Sequence record: SRR2962707_2250 | Strand: one strand, 5' to 3' | DNA length: 64,000 nt | Shown: positions 39,444-47,209 of the stretch, piece after piece | Numbering within the stretch: position 1 is the first letter of the stretch | How the letters are laid out: every line of letters starts with the position of its first letter | Program-made: the position numbers and the translations under genes | The notes under the pieces: generated by a model | Databases searched by the model: none | Told to the model about the DNA's origin: nothing | What the model saw: only the letters and a program-made list of their open reading frames with translations

Positions 39444-40160
39444 ATGTCCCTAAAACAGGAAATCGCACCAAACGGTGTCTTGCGTTTCGCCATTAATGTC
39501 GGCAACGGCGTTCTGACGGAATATGACACGCAAACAGGTAAGGTTGGCGGCATAACGGTCGAGCTTGCGCGTGATCTCGCGCACAAACTTGATCTTCCCC
39601 TAGAATTGAAAATCTATCGATCCGCCCGAACCGTTGTCCAAGACGCATCAAAGAATATCTGGGACATTGGTTTCATTGCACGCGATCCCAAACGATCCGC
39701 ACAGATTACCTTTACCAGTCCCTATATCCTGATCGAAGGCTGTTATCTTGTGCGATCGAGTTCGAACATCGTAACAAATGCCGATGTCGACCATCCCAGT
39801 GTCACCGTCGCCGTTGGCAATGGCGCTGCCTACGACCTTTTCCTGACCAGACATCTGCAAAAGGCGCAAGTACAGCGTACCGATGGTACTTTGGGTGTCC
39901 TCGAAATGTTTGAAAAACATCACCTTCCGGTTGCCGCTGGCATTCGTCAGCCGTTAGCCGATTATGCAGCACAGAACGATCATGTCCGCCTCCTGCCCGA
40001 ACCTTTCATGTTCATCGAACAGGCAATTGCCATCCCATCGGGGAGCGCAGCTGTTCAGGAATACTTACAGAACCATGTTCATAAGATCATTCAAACGGGC
40101 TACGTCAAGTCGCTCATTGAGCGCTTTGGCAAAACCCAAGCATCAGTTCCAAATGCCTGA
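39444..40160 (+). CDS. SBP_bac_3-like substrate-binding-fold protein without a signal peptide
   Basis: APNGVLRFAIN, WDIGF, FTSPY and AYDLFL motifs; GGAGG RBS; no hydrophobic leader; no permease next to it. Confidence 0.8.
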   Translation: MSLKQEIAPNGVLRFAINVGNGVLTEYDTQTGKVGGITVELARDLAHKLDLPLELKIYRSARTVVQDASKNIWDIGFIARDPKRSAQITFTSPYILIEGCYLVRSSSNIVTNADVDHPSVTVAVGNGAAYDLFLTRHLQKAQVQRTDGTLGVLEMFEKHHLPVAAGIRQPLADYAAQNDHVRLLPEPFMFIEQAIAIPSGSAAVQEYLQNHVHKIIQTGYVKSLIERFGKTQASVPNA

Positions 40161-40210
40161 TATGCGGCAATGCGATCAAAAACGGGAGGTCTGGTTTTCG
40201 AGAGAAGCGA

Positions 40211-40264
40211 TGGTGCCCCCGGGGAGAACCGAACTCCCACCCACTAGGTGAAACAGATTTTGAG
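40211..40264 (-). mobile_element. 3' half of tRNA-Leu(CAA); probable att site at the island's left boundary
   Basis: Minus strand CTCAAAA (anticodon loop)-TCTG...-GGGAG TTCGGTT CTCCC (T arm)-CGGGGGCACCA; no D arm or 5' acceptor strand. Confidence 0.8.
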
Positions 40265-40290
40265 GCGGAGTATATATGACACCAACGCTT

Positions 40291-41829
40291 TCACGTCGCC
40301 TTCTCCATCGACCATTGCACCCGCTCTGCCAGGAACGTGGCAAACGGCCTGACATCCATGTCGACACTCGCCGTCTCAAGCCCTGCGAGATAGGCGTTGC
40401 GATCCTCCACTCTCACGACCGTCCATGGATAACCGCCCGCCGCCAGCATGGCATTCATCAGAAACCGCGCCATGCGCCCGTTGCCGTCAGGATAAGGATG
40501 GACGTAGCCCACAAGCCAGTGCCCCAGCACGGCGCGCACGGCGGGTTCGGTTTCCTTTTCCAGCAGATCGAAGAGCCCCTGCATGCCTTCGGGCACGACC
40601 TCGGAACGCGGCGGCACGTGAGACGAGCCGCGCAGATAGACGGGGTGATTGCGATACCCGGCAAGGGCGCTGGGCTTCAAGATGCCCGCTACGACAGACG
40701 GGCCGAACAATTCACGATACCAGTCCCGGTGCTGGTCGAGCACTTGCGCGCCGGGCTGTGCGCCGTCTAGAATGGCGGCGACCGAATCCTTCACTTTCTG
40801 AAAGGCCTGCCAATAACCGCGCGCGGCAAGAGCGTCGCGGCTCTGCCTGTCCTTTTCATCGATTTGAGGATTCCATCCACCCTGCCGTACTCGGTCGATC
40901 AGTTCGGGCGTCACGCTATAGCCTTCGATGGACAGGGAGTGGTAGGCATCGCTCTCATAGATGTCCTCGACAAACTTCATGTAGCGGCCCTTATCAGCCG
41001 GCATGCCCGGTGCTTTGGGGAATATCTCCATGACCGGCCCGCGCTGGCTTTCCCAGATGGCATTGAGCCGGGCGACAATGGGAGCCACGCCTGCAACGAC
41101 CGCCGGAACATGGGTTTGCGTGGCAAAGGGATCGCTCTCCCGCACATCGTAGCTGGCGCTTTTCATGGTCTTGACGATTTCATCGGCGAAACCATCGCGG
41201 CCCACGCGACGGAAAGCCCCGGCAAGGCGTCCCGCCACCGCGGAATGGCCGCCATCGAGCAACCGTCCTAGGATACCGGACACATTTCGTACGGCACTCA
41301 GCACCACCTGCGCCTCGATGGGCGCGCGCTGAAAGAAGGACTCGGTGACCTTCACAAGGGCGGCGTCAGGCGCGTAGAGGCGCAGGCCGTTTCTCTCAAC
41401 CAAATCTTCTCCTGACGGCATCTTTTTGACCTTGAGGTCATAGAGCGAGGTGCCGAACAGAAGCTCCAGATTGTTGTTTGTGCCTTTGGCGCTGTTGATG
41501 ATCACCTGCCGGGGAATCGCGGTCGCTTCGGCATGAAGCAACAGCGACTGCTCAGGGGACAAGAACCAGTCATTCTCGAACCGGTCGCGGCAATAGCGGG
41601 CGCAGAATTCCCAGAAGGAGGCGTACCACGGGGTGGTATCACCGGGCTGCGCCTGCGGCCCGGTCGACATGAGCCAGCCCTTGATGACATCACGCAGGAA
41701 CCCATGCTGCAGGAGCCGCTCACGATGAACGCGGCTCAGGTCGCTGGATTTGAATATACGCCGCCCCCCGCTTTGCAGCTCTTGCAAGGCGCTTAGGGAG
41801 TCGGCGAGCTTTTCGTTTGGTGTAGCCAT
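40291..41829 (-). CDS. Fic-family protein with a long N-terminal extension
   Basis: Canonical HPYPDGNGRMAR motif and YHSLSIEG; visibly more GC-rich than its neighbours. Confidence 0.92.
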   Translation of the reverse strand: MATPNEKLADSLSALQELQSGGRRIFKSSDLSRVHRERLLQHGFLRDVIKGWLMSTGPQAQPGDTTPWYASFWEFCARYCRDRFENDWFLSPEQSLLLHAEATAIPRQVIINSAKGTNNNLELLFGTSLYDLKVKKMPSGEDLVERNGLRLYAPDAALVKVTESFFQRAPIEAQVVLSAVRNVSGILGRLLDGGHSAVAGRLAGAFRRVGRDGFADEIVKTMKSASYDVRESDPFATQTHVPAVVAGVAPIVARLNAIWESQRGPVMEIFPKAPGMPADKGRYMKFVEDIYESDAYHSLSIEGYSVTPELIDRVRQGGWNPQIDEKDRQSRDALAARGYWQAFQKVKDSVAAILDGAQPGAQVLDQHRDWYRELFGPSVVAGILKPSALAGYRNHPVYLRGSSHVPPRSEVVPEGMQGLFDLLEKETEPAVRAVLGHWLVGYVHPYPDGNGRMARFLMNAMLAAGGYPWTVVRVEDRNAYLAGLETASVDMDVRPFATFLAERVQWSMEKAT

Positions 41830-41839
41830 GGGGTCACAT

Positions 41840-41959
41840 CAAGTTTTTTATGTCGTTTCATTACAAGTATATGGCGTCGTGCCACAACAAGTCTATCATG
41901 TTGTTTGATTGCGCGTTTTTTATGTTGTGCGATTTCACGTAATTAATGTCATCCCATGG
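41840..41959. repeat. Five degenerate 24-bp tandem direct repeats upstream of fic
   Basis: Units start at 41840, 41864, 41888, 41912 and 41936; invariant C1, G4, T5, T9, G13, T14, T17, A21. Confidence 0.75.
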
Positions 41960-42491
41960 AAAATACACGGATTTTTACCAAAAGACAGAACTAAAGCGGC
42001 GCTATGATGGGCGTCAAACTTTGACCCCGGGAGGCATCGTCACCCGTCCTACCGTTCCCGCTCAAAATCCATGTCATCATGGTTGAATGAACCTCAGACG
42101 GGTCAAGTTAATTCAACAACACTTATGATTGAAAGAGACTAACATTCATCTACTTGAGAATCAGGTGTTGTGATGCTCCTTTGCAATCTGATGGTTCATA
42201 GAAGCCCCCGCAATGCACTTTTAACTCTGACACGTGACCAATTGGAAAAAGCCACTGCGGTATATTACGGCTACGATTGTAATGACTGGGCCACCCATAA
42301 GCAGGCTTAAGGCTTCGTCCCTTTGGCGAGCGTATTCGTCACAACGCGGACCCTGATATCGGTCTGAAGAGTTCATTCTCACGTGCTGAGCAAATTTTTC
42401 AACGCAACATTTTGGAAAAAATTGAAAGGCAACACGAAGTGGATAGGCTGGTTGCACTTTGAAAGTGAATAGCAACAGATCCCGAAATGGC

Positions 42492-42626
42492 ACTATTCAT
42501 GTCGTGCGCACAGAATGGCAGAACACGTGCGAAGAAGCGAAACTATCCGAAGTCGATCGAAACCTGTTCTGGGAGAGGATATTCCTGAACCCGTCCATCT
42601 TCGAGGGTGAGTACGAATTTTTCTGA
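42492..42626 (+). pseudogene. C-terminal remnant of a HipA-family kinase
   Basis: Translates as ...EWQNTCEEAKLSEVDRNLFWERIFLNPSIFEG, which resembles the C-terminus of this HipA subfamily; no upstream body. Confidence 0.6.
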
Positions 42627-42627
42627 C

Positions 42628-42662
42628 AGCTATATTTCTCAGGAAATTTGAGAAATATAGCT
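42628..42662. repeat. Perfect 14-bp inverted repeat
   Basis: AGCTATATTTCTCA-GGAAATT-TGAGAAATATAGCT directly after the remnant's stop codon. Confidence 0.8.
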
Positions 42663-42894
42663 CCTAAACCGGCACTTGGAATCGTGTTGAGACGACCTGA
42701 AATTCTTCCATTTTTGGAGTTTTGATGGTGAGCAGGTTTCACTTACTCCATAAGCGCATGGCTCAGGTTCTGCCAAACAAGTCACCAAAAAAGATGCAGC
42801 AAAATAACACACTGGCAGCAAACAAAATTGTCTTTAATTACTTGACATCCGCGCCGGAGTTGACATTATCGCAGTATCGCGATTAATTGTTGCG

Positions 42895-43035
42895 GTAAGA
42901 AAATTGGGCCTATGAACGGGATTGCTTAGCAATGCGCCCCTCCGGCTTCTGTGAAAGCAAAAGCTACCCGCCCAAGAGCGGTTATAAAGCGAGCCTAGTT
43001 AAAAGAAGCCCTGCTTTCGAGCGGGGCTTTCTTAT
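42895..43035 (+). ncRNA. Candidate structured small RNA
   Basis: TTGACA at 42842 and 42860 upstream; several hairpins including a GAAA loop; 5'/3' closing stem; TTCG-loop terminator at 43006-43035. Confidence 0.45.
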
Positions 43036-43305
43036 GTTCCGCCAAAACGTCATTTTCCAAATTTTTCTTTGTCGCAATGGGAGTGAGCCTAGCCCTTTGA
43101 TGGCCTTGCTAACTCCACCATCAATTACTGGGAAGGAACTTGGCTGCACAACTATGGAGGCCTGAAGGTTTCGATGATAGACTAAGATAATCACGGGCAT
43201 GAGCCTTATGAAAGTATCTCTTCAGGTAACCTCGGCGCCTTGGTCATTGATGAGTACCAGCACAGAAACGGCGCAACTTGCACTTCAGAAACCGAGTCAG
43301 AACCG

Positions 43306-43635
43306 ATGTCCAGTAACGAACATTCTCCCCTTGTTTCAAGCGCCTTGGAGTTGTTTGGGAACCTGATAAAGGTCCGTCGGCTCGAACGTGGGATCACGCA
43401 AAAGGACTTGGCGCGATCTCTCGACATCTCTGCTCAGACTGTTCGATGTATCGAAACCGGTCAGGGTAACGTTAAGGTCGGAACAGTATTTGAGGTTGCA
43501 AACCATCTGGGGATTAGCTTGTTTGAACTGGATGAAGTCTCCGTGCATGAGATGAACGAAGAACTTCGCGACCAGCTAACTGTTCTCCCCCAAAACCTCC
43601 GACAACCCAGCAAGAGTGTATGTGTTGATTTCTGA
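43306..43635 (+). CDS. Xre/HTH_3 regulator (HipB-like antitoxin)
   Basis: IKVRRLERGITQKDLA...TVRCIETG HTH; C-terminal VDF stop overlaps the hipA start. Confidence 0.85.
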   Translation: MSSNEHSPLVSSALELFGNLIKVRRLERGITQKDLARSLDISAQTVRCIETGQGNVKVGTVFEVANHLGISLFELDEVSVHEMNEELRDQLTVLPQNLRQPSKSVCVDF

Positions 43636-44848
43636 CCAAGGAACAACTGACAAACTTTATGTTTGGACTTGGCTTGCAGGCGAAACTACGCCCGTCGTTG
43701 CTGGTGTTCTTGTAGCTGACGGTTATGTCGGCTATGGGCTGAGGGGGTCGAACACCGCTAAACATGCCTTCTATTATGGCAGAAGTTACCTCTCCAATTC
43801 AGTCGCTGTTCCACTGTCTATTCCGGACTTACCATTGAAGAACGGCCCGCTTTGGCCATACCGACGTCATGGCTTGCACGGTATCTTTCGTGATGCCCTC
43901 TCACAACGCGGCACGCTTACTGGCGAGTACAGACCGCAAGACTTTGAAAGCCCTCAACTGTTTGATTTCGCAAACAGTTATCCAGATCGAATTGGTGCGA
44001 TCGGCTTTCACCTCAGTCCAACCGAGTATATCAAAAACGAACAACCGCCCCAAAAAGATTTGGCAACCTTGGTCAGATCCGCACGTGAAGGCGGCATGCC
44101 ATTTTCCACGACTGGCGTCGGCGGTGCGCAACCTAAGTTTCTCTATGACACTGATGATCGAAAGCTAATCGTAAAGCTTTCCAACAAGAACCTAATCTCT
44201 CAGTATGATGTAAGGCTGGAGTACTTTGGCATGAAGCTCGCTAAATCTTGCGGCATTGAGTGCTCACGCACCGACCTTAAAAATGTAGATCATCAACCAA
44301 CATTGCTTGTTGAACGATTTGACCGTGAACAAACAGATAATGGTTGGCTGCGGCATCACATGGTTTCAGCTCAAACAGCGCTGGGATTGCATGATGATAA
44401 CCTGCTCAAGGCTAGTTATGAGTCACTCGCGGAATTGCTTGGCAAGCGGGCGCGAGAACCTAAGAGGCAACTCAGAGAACTCTTCCGCCGTATGGTTTTC
44501 AATGTCCTGATCGGCAATACAGATGATCATGCAAGAAACCATTCACTGTTCTGCATAGGCGAAGAAGTCAAGCTGACACCAGCCTACGACATGGCTCCAC
44601 AGATCGATCCCACTTCAGTACAATCCATGCGTATTGCGGGTCGAGACCCTCGAAGTACACTCAAGAATTGCTTGCTGGCAGCCGCGAGCTTCCAGTTGGC
44701 TCAGATTGAGGCGCAAAATGTGATTACCGAACTTAAAGAACGGGTTCTGAACCACATCCCTCGGATTGCTGAAAAAGCTAACCTGACATCACACGAACAA
44801 GGCCTCATTCAAAAACTAGTTCAACAACGCTGTCGAACTGGAGATTAA
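43625..44848 (+). CDS. hipA: HipA-family Ser/Thr kinase toxin
   Basis: GGAQPK loop, LLVERFDR, GNTDDHARNHS and LTPAYD motifs; TTG start inferred. Confidence 0.88.
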   Translation: MISDQGTTDKLYVWTWLAGETTPVVAGVLVADGYVGYGLRGSNTAKHAFYYGRSYLSNSVAVPLSIPDLPLKNGPLWPYRRHGLHGIFRDALSQRGTLTGEYRPQDFESPQLFDFANSYPDRIGAIGFHLSPTEYIKNEQPPQKDLATLVRSAREGGMPFSTTGVGGAQPKFLYDTDDRKLIVKLSNKNLISQYDVRLEYFGMKLAKSCGIECSRTDLKNVDHQPTLLVERFDREQTDNGWLRHHMVSAQTALGLHDDNLLKASYESLAELLGKRAREPKRQLRELFRRMVFNVLIGNTDDHARNHSLFCIGEEVKLTPAYDMAPQIDPTSVQSMRIAGRDPRSTLKNCLLAAASFQLAQIEAQNVITELKERVLNHIPRIAEKANLTSHEQGLIQKLVQQRCRTGD

Positions 44849-44849
44849 C

Positions 44850-45722
44850 TTGCCGAGAGATGATAACGAGTTACTTGCCCTTTTGGAGCCACTCAAAGTG
44901 TCTGAGAGCTCCCGTTACAGGCCTGCTCTGATGGAGTTTGCCAACAAGCTGTCCGTTGCGTCTGAAAATTTGTCAGCACTTGCGTCCAATCACGAACTTG
45001 ACAATGTGCGGCGCTCGGCCCTCATAGAAGATATTCACTTCAGCAATTTGATCGAGGGCTATCAAGTTCCCTACGAACAAATTGAAACACTCCTTGCGGA
45101 ACCAAAGAGTTCCGAAAGGAGTTCGGGTGAAGCTCAAATGTTGGCTGCCAATTACGTTGAAGCAGAAGTCTGGGCCAATTCTCTACCAGCTGAAACCGAT
45201 CTACTTTCCGCTCAATCGCTTTGCTCGATACACGGGAAACTGTTTAGGTGCGGTACCACTTACAGCACCTTTGTACCAGGTACGTTTAGAGAGGTCGATG
45301 TCATCGTTGGCAGCCACCTTCCCATCAGCCCCGGTGCAATACCACGCTTCGTTCAGCGGCTTTCTGAAGCCTATCGGCACGGGCCCCAGAAGGAAAGAAT
45401 CCTTAATCTAGCGTTTGCACATCATCGGCTTGTTTGGGTCCATCCATTCGTCGACGGCAACGGCCGCGTTGCAAGGTTTGTCAGCACTCAGATGCTGGCG
45501 AACACCCTACCCGCGACCCGATATTGGTCACTGTCGAAAGCCCTTTATGAGAGCAAAGAAAGGTACTTCGAACTGCTTGCAGCATGTGACATGCCAAGGC
45601 AGGGAGATCGGGATGGCAGGGGAAATATGAGCGAGGCCGCTTTGGCAGAGTTCAGCAGTTTCATTCTCAACTTGTGCTTCAGCAAGGTCAGAGAAACCAC
45701 AGAAAATTTAGAATCAGCCTAA
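44850..45722 (+). CDS. Fic-family protein
   Basis: SNLIEG and HHRLVWVHPFVDGNGRVAR motifs; starts 1 nt after the hipA stop. Confidence 0.88.
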   Translation: MPRDDNELLALLEPLKVSESSRYRPALMEFANKLSVASENLSALASNHELDNVRRSALIEDIHFSNLIEGYQVPYEQIETLLAEPKSSERSSGEAQMLAANYVEAEVWANSLPAETDLLSAQSLCSIHGKLFRCGTTYSTFVPGTFREVDVIVGSHLPISPGAIPRFVQRLSEAYRHGPQKERILNLAFAHHRLVWVHPFVDGNGRVARFVSTQMLANTLPATRYWSLSKALYESKERYFELLAACDMPRQGDRDGRGNMSEAALAEFSSFILNLCFSKVRETTENLESA

Positions 45723-45944
45723 CACTATTGCACCTTATTGTTATTCATCCCTGATAATGGGATTTTGAAAACGCTCTCAGAACACGAGACACTAAGACGC
45801 AAGACCAAATCAGAACATCAGAGTTCTTCAAGGTTCCACCAACCACGATGCAAGAGATATGAAATTACGCTCAACCTAAGCTCCGTCTCGATATAATCTC
45901 CGACGCCGATTTGGTATCCTTGCAGGTACAGTAGGTTAAGGACA

Positions 45945-46301
45945 TTGACAAAAATGCCGACAAGATCAGACGACTTGGAAAGGAAGCGGGTCTCAGCTCA
46001 ATCCGCCTTTGGGAAAATCAGCAAAGCTTGGCTTCTGTCCGAAGAACAAGCGCTAGCACTTTCGGGGACGGCACCAGAAACTACAGAGAAAGACCAACTA
46101 GAACGCCTTACATGCATCATCAGTGTTTATGTCTGTCTTCAAGAATATTTCTCTCCGGAGATTGCTGATCAGTGGGTTCAACTGAAAAACGATGGTCCAT
46201 TGTTTGAAGGTGAGAGACCAATAGACACGATGATCGAAGGCGGCGCTGATCAAATCAGGGAGATTGCGACTTATCTCAAAGCCTTGCTGCAAGGACTTTG
46301 A
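45945..46301 (+). CDS. Xre/MbcA/ParS-type antitoxin
   Basis: F..I...W.LS...A.AL N-terminus; ADQWVQLKNDGPLFEGERPIDTMIEGG C-terminal toxin-binding domain. Confidence 0.8.
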   Translation: MTKMPTRSDDLERKRVSAQSAFGKISKAWLLSEEQALALSGTAPETTEKDQLERLTCIISVYVCLQEYFSPEIADQWVQLKNDGPLFEGERPIDTMIEGGADQIREIATYLKALLQGL

Positions 46302-46511
46302 TTGACGAGGTTACCTGCAGCCACTCCAAGTAGGAAACAGGTCATCAAACCAGGATCCACACTTTACAGGTTTGTTTGGATACGTCTATTTTTTGGCTGG
46401 AATGGTCGCCGCTAACTTTGTGATACAGCATTAGAAGCTTTCTCAAATTTCGTCATAAAGGCTCGTCTTGTGAAAGCGAGAAACGTGATGGGTTTTTTGA
46501 AGACACAATAG
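46302..46511 (+). pseudogene. Possible decayed RES-domain toxin
   Basis: Begins straight after the antitoxin stop; IKPGSTLYRF...LFFG..GR resembles RES N-termini; in-frame stops follow. Confidence 0.3.
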
Positions 46512-46665
46512 CTTCGCGGGAACTTTTCTTATTCCACCTGCACGGGGTGAGATGAACTATCGTCATTGATTGAAAAGTACGCACTTCAGGCAGGATCAGC
46601 CCGTACGAGGCCCCGCAGAAAAACTGCCGAAAACTTCAACCGCAAGAATTCCACTGCAGCGACAG

Positions 46666-47118
46666 TTAAACGCCGAACTCAGTATGCATTTTTGCCTTGC
46701 TGCCAATATCTTCGATGAAGTTCGTCAAACAGCCAAGGAGTTCTTCATTGATCTCCGATCCAACAGCGCACTCCCATACGATTGCTGTACGCCATCCAAT
46801 ATCGTGTAATTTTCGTATTGCTGCCTGGTCTCTCTTGACGTTTGCAGCAAACTTTTGCGTCCAGAAATCCGTATTTGTCGATGGCACTGTCGACTTCTTG
46901 CATCCCTCATGACGATGCCAAAAGCACCCATGGACGAAAACCACAAGCCGCCACTTCGGCAGCACTATGTCCGGTGAGCCGGGCAACAGACGTACATTGA
47001 GTCTGTACCGATAGCCCACAGCGTGGAGTGCTTTTCTCAGCAGGACCTCTGGCTTCGTGTTTCGGCTCCTGATGCCTGACATCATCTTGGAGCGGGTTTT
47101 GGGGTCAACTATATCCAT
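46666..47118 (-). CDS. vsr: Very-short-patch repair endonuclease
   Basis: RSKMMSGIRSRNTKPE, LPGSPDIV, FVHGCFWHRH and VWEC motifs. Confidence 0.95.
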   Translation of the reverse strand: MDIVDPKTRSKMMSGIRSRNTKPEVLLRKALHAVGYRYRLNVRLLPGSPDIVLPKWRLVVFVHGCFWHRHEGCKKSTVPSTNTDFWTQKFAANVKRDQAAIRKLHDIGWRTAIVWECAVGSEINEELLGCLTNFIEDIGSKAKMHTEFGV

Positions 47119-47154
47119 GATTTTTCAAACATAGTGCAACCAAGATCATTTTCC

Positions 47155-47181
47155 ACCTGGTGGCACCTGGTGAAACCTGGT
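47155..47181. repeat. Three ACCTGGT copies at exact 10-bp spacing in the vsr/MTase divergent promoter
   Basis: ACCTGGT at 47155, 47165 and 47175. Confidence 0.9.
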
Positions 47182-47209
47182 ACAAGGCCCCAACGCACGG
47201 GGAGAAAAG

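Noticed and set aside
40211-40300. Complete tRNA-Leu gene
   Set aside because: The sequence 5' of the anticodon loop has no D arm and no acceptor strand complementary to CGGGGGC; only the 3' half is present.
42008-42030. GGGCGTCAAACTTTGACCCC as an IS21-like end
   Set aside because: A single short match with no transposase, partner end or target duplication.
46531-46556. TTCCACCTGCACGGGGTGAGATG resembling a collapsed copy of the vsr/dcm spacer
   Set aside because: Only two blocks of 7-9 bp match, which is compatible with chance.
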